DNA from: a virus
Taxonomy: Duplodnaviria > Caudoviricetes
Direction: 5' to 3' (one strand)
DNA length: 64,000 bases
Virus record (IMG/VR): IMGVR_UViG_3300021602_000008
Location: 1,217-65,216 of that record
The first letter of the stretch is position 1. The number at the start of each line of letters is the position of its first letter. The notes below the pieces were generated by a model. That model did no database searches and had not been told where the DNA came from. It worked only from the letters and a program-made list of their open reading frames with translations. This document shows, one piece after another, positions 59,783-64,000 of the stretch. Both the position numbers and the translations under genes were made by a program.

Positions 59783-60883
59783 TTAGAATGGAAGGTTATC
59801 TTCAATTGCAGGAGCCTGAACAATCTGTTCTGCTTTTACTGTTGCATTTACCATTGGTTCAGCAACTTGTTTGGCTTTATTAAAGAGTTTCATCGCAATT
59901 GGATTCGATGCAATCACTTTCTTGAGTTCTTTCTTCATGTCAATCAAATCGGATTCATAATCAGCATTCTTGCCCATCTCGAGCATGTCTTTCTGAATGT
60001 CCTTGAACATTGATCCCATGTGATTAACCTCTTTGATACCTGAAATCTGCTTGATGCGATTCTTGAGGTTTGTTATAGCAGGATCCTCAATTGTACCACC
60101 TACGGTTGCAGCCATTGAAGGACAGATGAACTCACATGCCTTGGTAATTGCTTCTGTATCGGAACACTCCCAAATCAATTTACACGCACGTGTAATGATC
60201 GGAACATGATAAAGAGTTCTATCAGTAACATTACCATGGATGTATCGTGCAAATCCTTCCATTTTCTTTGGATTAAAAGGAACACTACGAATCTCAGCCA
60301 TCGTAGGAATGTTGATACGAAAAGAGATTTCATCCTGACTCCATGAATCAATCAGTTTGTTAACCGCAACGCGTTCAACAGAAAACTTGATCATGAAACG
60401 ATCCCAAAATGGAATATCTGCAGTTTCCTGTGTGATCTCATTGCATGATCCTGCAAATAGTTTCCATTTGCAATCACGTACTTCACCACCAAGGAAAAGT
60501 TGACGTTCACGCATGATTGAGAGCAATGTGTTACGTACACCCGAAGAACCTTTATCAACCTCATTGATAAGAACATATTCAGCTTCTGCAATTGGTGCAT
60601 CAATGACATATTTCTTATTCTCAAGCAATTCCTTCATATCAGGACGACCTTTGATCTCTGTATTCTTTGTTGCTTCATCCAATTCAATGATAAAGGTCTT
60701 TGATCTCAAATCTACTGAGTCACCTTCATGCATATTTGCTGCATAATCAAGCAATACATTTGTCTTTGCAACACCAGGAGGTCCAACAAATAATACCGGA
60801 AGTCCTGTACTTTCACCAAGAGCGATGATCTTAAACATTTCTTCTTTGCCGAACATTTTGGTTTTAATGATTCTTTGTTTCAT
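59783..60883 (-). CDS. MoxR/RavA-like AAA+ ATPase
   Basis: Walker A GPPGVAKT, Walker B VLINEVDK, N.LL..M.ER, SCN sensor and DRF; start probably ATG 60883 after an A-rich leader. Confidence 0.82.
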   Translation of the reverse strand: MKQRIIKTKMFGKEEMFKIIALGESTGLPVLFVGPPGVAKTNVLLDYAANMHEGDSVDLRSKTFIIELDEATKNTEIKGRPDMKELLENKKYVIDAPIAEAEYVLINEVDKGSSGVRNTLLSIMRERQLFLGGEVRDCKWKLFAGSCNEITQETADIPFWDRFMIKFSVERVAVNKLIDSWSQDEISFRINIPTMAEIRSVPFNPKKMEGFARYIHGNVTDRTLYHVPIITRACKLIWECSDTEAITKACEFICPSMAATVGGTIEDPAITNLKNRIKQISGIKEVNHMGSMFKDIQKDMLEMGKNADYESDLIDMKKELKKVIASNPIAMKLFNKAKQVAEPMVNATVKAEQIVQAPAIEDNLPF

Positions 60884-60996
60884 AATAGTTGTTTTTGTGG
60901 TTTGTGTTTGATTTAATTCGTCGTTTTGTGTTTTGATTTCCTTAAGAATACTACTGGTTTTTTCCCGCTTTAATTTCCTGTGGATCGAAGCCATGA

Positions 60997-61461
60997 TTAT
61001 CCATTTACCGCATCAGCAATTTCAGGGAATTGCAATGCAAGTGGTACCGACTTAATTTTTGGGTTAAGCATGTTATTGATGCGGGTATATTCACGATCTG
61101 TGATCTCATGGAAGTTTCCCCATCCATCAACCGCTCCCATGATACCATCTGGATGTTCATCCTGATTAAATGAATATATTGTTCCAACTGAGGAATCATT
61201 TTTCATTTCACTGATCATCATTTCAATTCCATTATTGATATACATGTCTACCGCTTCGGTTCCTAAGATATAATAATACATCTTTTGTGGTTCATTGAAA
61301 TTCTCAATCATGTTCCAAAGACGTTTCCAATCGCCTTCGAGTACATCAAGTTTTAATTGGGTAAGTCCATTATTGAACTTATGATCAATCATGATCATTC
61401 CATCATTGAGAGCAAGATGAATTGATCCTGTCCCCTTTTCCTTTTTTCTGCTTTTTTTCAT
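60997..61461 (-). CDS. Hypothetical protein
   Basis: 154-aa ORF whose start lies in junction repeat copy 1. Confidence 0.6.
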   Translation of the reverse strand: MKKSRKKEKGTGSIHLALNDGMIMIDHKFNNGLTQLKLDVLEGDWKRLWNMIENFNEPQKMYYYILGTEAVDMYINNGIEMMISEMKNDSSVGTIYSFNQDEHPDGIMGAVDGWGNFHEITDREYTRINNMLNPKIKSVPLALQFPEIADAVNG

Positions 61462-61462
61462 A

Positions 61463-61981
61463 TTAGTCTTGTTTGTTTAGTGATTTAACATTCCATACAT
61501 CAATAGGCAGGTATTTTCTGCAAATGTCTGCTGTTAGTTCCATGTTTTTATTTTTAGCATCAGCACCAGCACCAGCAGCATAAGCAGAAGCAGCAGCAGC
61601 ACCAGCAGCATCAGAAGCAGCAGCATAAGCAGCAGCATAAGCAGCAGCAGCAGCACCAGCAGCATCAGCAGAAGCAGCAGCAGCATAAGCAGCAGCAGCA
61701 GCACCACTTAATTCTTCTCTTGTTGATTTCCCTTCACCAAATACAATAGCTGCGTCAACTCCTGCAATACTTCGTTCATCTGTCATAAGATGTCTTATTG
61801 TGTTTGCACAATGACCTTTTGCTAATGTAATTAATTGTAAATCATCTGGATTAGTTTTTTTAAATAACCATAACAACCAGTCACCTCTATGGCACGTGTT
61901 ATAAACTTCTTCCCATGTTTTATCTTCAGCCCATTCTTTAGCGTCATTACAAGCATTTAGGTTTATTAAAAATTCTTTCAT
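61463..61981 (-). CDS. Hypothetical protein with Ala-rich (AAYAAA) repeat; in frame with the upstream ORF
   Basis: Own ATG lies in junction repeat copy 2; L.AC.DA..W and WLLW motifs plus Ala repeats as in a common phage protein family; ends SLNKQD*. Confidence 0.6.
   Translation of the reverse strand: MKEFLINLNACNDAKEWAEDKTWEEVYNTCHRGDWLLWLFKKTNPDDLQLITLAKGHCANTIRHLMTDERSIAGVDAAIVFGEGKSTREELSGAAAAAYAAAASADAAGAAAAAYAAAYAAASDAAGAAAASAYAAGAGADAKNKNMELTADICRKYLPIDVWNVKSLNKQD
61556..61705 (-). repeat. GCT-based low-complexity repeat encoding poly-Ala with Tyr/Asp/Gly/Ser
   Basis: Runs of AGC/AGCAGC on the + strand. Confidence 0.85.
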
Positions 61982-62401
61982 ATTATCTTGTTTGTTTAGT
62001 GATTTAATAAATTGCTCTATTTTTTTGCGGTTATACATCGTTATTTCTTTTGGCTTAGGTAGTTTTTTCGCTTTAAATATTTCAAAATCTTTTTCGTTGC
62101 AATCATTCTCCCACATTTTGCAGTTAAACATTTTTGCAATCATTCTAAATGCTTCTGTTTTTATATCGTTTGGTCTATCAGAAGAAAATGAAGAACATTC
62201 TGTTAATTCATTGTTTTTTCCATAAATCCTATTGTCTTTCATAAATGAGCAGTAAATATTTTGACCTTTAAAGTCAAAAGAAATATACTTTAAATCACTT
62301 ATGCTTTCGTGGATTTTGACGTTTTCAAATTTGATTTCAATAATGTTTTTTATTGTTTCAAACTCTTGCTTTTCGTTAAATTGAATGTCTGTTGTTGTCA
62401 T
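61982..62401 (-). CDS. Hypothetical protein whose stop is lost by a 1-nt deletion in the junction repeat
   Basis: Likely start ATG 62401 after AAAACAAACAAAAAT; ends in SLNKQD like its neighbours but reads through. Confidence 0.5.
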
Positions 62402-62472
62402 ATTTTTGTTTGTTTTAAAGTTGTTAATACCCACCGCACCCCACCAAAAAAAAGTTTAAAAAAATTACAGAC

Positions 62473-62556
62473 ACATAACAGCACATAAGCATAAGCCCAA
62501 ATCCCTCGCTAAAGCCAACGCTATTTGTGCCTTCGATTATCTGCAAAACGTTATGC
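62473..62556 (-). other. attC-like imperfect palindrome
   Basis: The - strand reads GCATAAC...GTTATGT, 84 bp, with internal arms matching at 16 of 22 positions; starts 1 nt after a stop codon. Confidence 0.6.
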
Positions 62557-62557
62557 T

Positions 62558-62803
62558 TTATTTAAGAAGCGTATCCGAAATTATTTCCCGATATTCTTCA
62601 AGTAAGTTTAATTGGGTTAATTTTCTTTTATAAATAAAGTCAAGTAACCAATGTTCATCAGTTATGAATGAAAACATCCCCCAATTAGTTTTGTGTTCAT
62701 TTCTTCGATAAGCCTTATTCATTTCATCTCTCGAATATTCAATTGACTTATCAATTTCTTCAAGTTTTATTCTTAGCTGGTCTTTTTCTGTTAAAATTTT
62801 CAT
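62558..62803 (-). CDS. Hypothetical protein (cassette-like)
   Basis: 81 aa, starts in junction repeat copy 3, followed by the attC-like site. Confidence 0.6.
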   Translation of the reverse strand: MKILTEKDQLRIKLEEIDKSIEYSRDEMNKAYRRNEHKTNWGMFSFITDEHWLLDFIYKRKLTQLNLLEEYREIISDTLLK

Positions 62804-62804
62804 A

Positions 62805-63005
62805 TTAGTCTTGTTTGTTTAATAGTTTATTTTCAAATGCTTCCCAATAATAATAATCCCAAAAACTATCTTTGGTATATCTATAAGTACATTCATATTT
62901 TTCCAACCAAACAATGGTATTTTCTATTCTTGTAGGAAACCATGCAAACTTAATTACTGTTTGTTTTTGCCAAAAATATGGTTTGGGTTTTACTTTAAAT
63001 TTCAT
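62805..63005 (-). CDS. Hypothetical protein (cassette-like)
   Basis: 66 aa with FAWFP......VWLE.Y motif; bounded by junction repeats 4 and 3; ends LNKQD*. Confidence 0.65.
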   Translation of the reverse strand: MKFKVKPKPYFWQKQTVIKFAWFPTRIENTIVWLEKYECTYRYTKDSFWDYYYWEAFENKLLNKQD

Positions 63006-63017
63006 ATTAGTCTTGTT

Positions 63018-63419
63018 TTAATTTCTATTGGTAGACATTCCAATTTGTTTTGCAAATATAGGATGAAGTTCAATATATGAGTGACATGTTCTGCATAATG
63101 CTTTCCATGTTGTCATATCAAGATAGTGTTTACCCCTGCCAGAAGCATGGTGAACATCAGTAGCATATATACTGCATCTAGTCAAGTGTGCTTCACACAT
63201 TGCATGTTTAGTCAAGAACTCCTTTCTTAACTTGCTATACTCTTTATCCAATACTAGTTTTTTAGAAGAGCGTGGTGGGATCTTTTTTGCAGATGGTTTA
63301 ATACCTTTATTACCAGAATGGCAACTCCAGCAATTTTTGCAAAACTTATCACCACCACAATTCTTCCAGATAACTTTGAGTTGGTTGCATTTACTGCACT
63401 TCTTCAATTTTTGAATCAT
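63018..63419 (-). CDS. HNH-family endonuclease with N-terminal zinc finger
   Basis: CSKC...CKNC; C.....C...ATDVHH..GRG...W.ALCR.CH. Confidence 0.75.
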   Translation of the reverse strand: MIQKLKKCSKCNQLKVIWKNCGGDKFCKNCWSCHSGNKGIKPSAKKIPPRSSKKLVLDKEYSKLRKEFLTKHAMCEAHLTRCSIYATDVHHASGRGKHYLDMTTWKALCRTCHSYIELHPIFAKQIGMSTNRN

Positions 63420-63615
63420 TGAACTCAGGTTTTTTCATTTTGCTATGAATCAAGACACCATTCCTGAATGTCTTATTGAGAATCACAACACTTGTTCTTA
63501 TCTCACTCATGTCATTATCCTGTTTCATGAGTTGTTTCAACAACTCTTCTTCCATGGGATTTTCAGGAGCAAGCATCAAAGATACTCCTCCATTAACTAG
63601 AAACTCAATTTGCAT
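63391..63615 (-). CDS. Hypothetical protein
   Basis: 74-aa ORF packed within the - strand run. Confidence 0.55.
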   Translation of the reverse strand: MQIEFLVNGGVSLMLAPENPMEEELLKQLMKQDNDMSEIRTSVVILNKTFRNGVLIHSKMKKPEFNDSKIEEVQ

Positions 63616-64000
63616 CTTGTGTAGGAATTAGATCATGAAAATTCTTTGGAAATATCTTTTCAGATATAAGTTTGTTGACAATGTTGTGTTTGTTTATTCC
63701 TAAATCCTTGAAGGACAAAGTACAAATAAAATCAGCATCAACCAAATTATAGCATGGGATTTCACTGGTAAATCCATAACCCTTTGGGAAAAATGTACTC
63801 ATCATTTGATTAGTGATTGAGATTAACTTTTCCTGTTTCCACAAATTCAGAACAGTCTGTGTCTTGCGGTGCAATTTATTAATTCTTTTGACTTTTTCTT
63901 TGCTCATCTCTTGGATTTCAGGTGCAGAATATACTGCTAATCCAAATAGAGCTCTCTTGTAGAGGAAATTTTGTCTGGAGTTATATGAATCTTTTTCATA
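63605..64000 (-). CDS. Hypothetical protein (partial; frame open to the window edge)
   Basis: The frame of 63605-63907 continues without a stop to 64000 (YEKDSYNSRQNFLYKRALFGL...). Confidence 0.6.
   Translation of the reverse strand, partial: YEKDSYNSRQNFLYKRALFGLAVYSAPEIQEMSKEKVKRINKLHRKTQTVLNLWKQEKLISITNQMMSTFFPKGYGFTSEIPCYNLVDADFICTLSFKDLGINKHNIVNKLISEKIFPKNFHDLIPTQDAN

Larger units (their letters stand above)
61456..63018 (-). repeat. Four copies of a stop/start junction repeat (AAACAAGACTAATATGAAA on the - strand)
   Basis: Copies at 61456-61488, 61976-62007 (1-nt deletion), 62798-62822 and 63000-63018. Confidence 0.9.

Noticed and set aside
61456-63018. CRISPR array interpretation of the four repeats
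   Set aside because: Spacing is 200-820 bp, and the intervening DNA is whole genes rather than 30-40 bp spacers.
1-64000. Stop-codon reassignment (known in some crAss-like phages)
   Set aside because: Genes, including a 19.8-kb ORF, are intact in the standard code, and TAA, TGA and TAG all end genes at tight junctions.
1-64000. tRNA or rRNA genes
   Set aside because: Intergenic gaps are short and no cloverleaf or T-loop signature was seen.

Overview
The window is a 64-kb piece of a crAss-like (Crassvirales-type, podovirus) bacteriophage genome with a probable Bacteroidetes host. The + strand (1-55158) is the virion/late module: a putative small terminase, fibre-like genes, large terminase, portal, scaffold, major capsid protein, ring and muzzle tail proteins, Cys-free cargo proteins, and a 6603-aa polyprotein carrying an SF1 helicase, a virion RNA polymerase and a zincin. 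It ends with tail hub/fibre genes, an M15 endolysin, a holin, a collagen-containing fibre and a ferritin/Dps-like protein. A hairpin at about 55255-55306 separates this from a converging - strand replication/accessory module: a DnaA domain IV protein, a Cas4-like nuclease, a primase, a vWA + MoxR/RavA pair, small ORFs and an HNH protein. Three signals stand out. (1) Exposed virion proteins are strongly Cys-rich, and a small CxxC membrane protein and a CGC protein sit in the same operon, suggesting a phage-encoded disulfide-forming pathway. (2) A 1.56-kb AT-rich island at 61456-63018 has four near-identical 19-33 bp stop/start junction repeats and an attC-like hairpin, so it looks like a gene-cassette array. 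(3) Repeated [YFL]xxGG and KKSLYS motifs divide a cargo protein into modules. All product calls come from motif recognition and gene order by eye; no database search was run.
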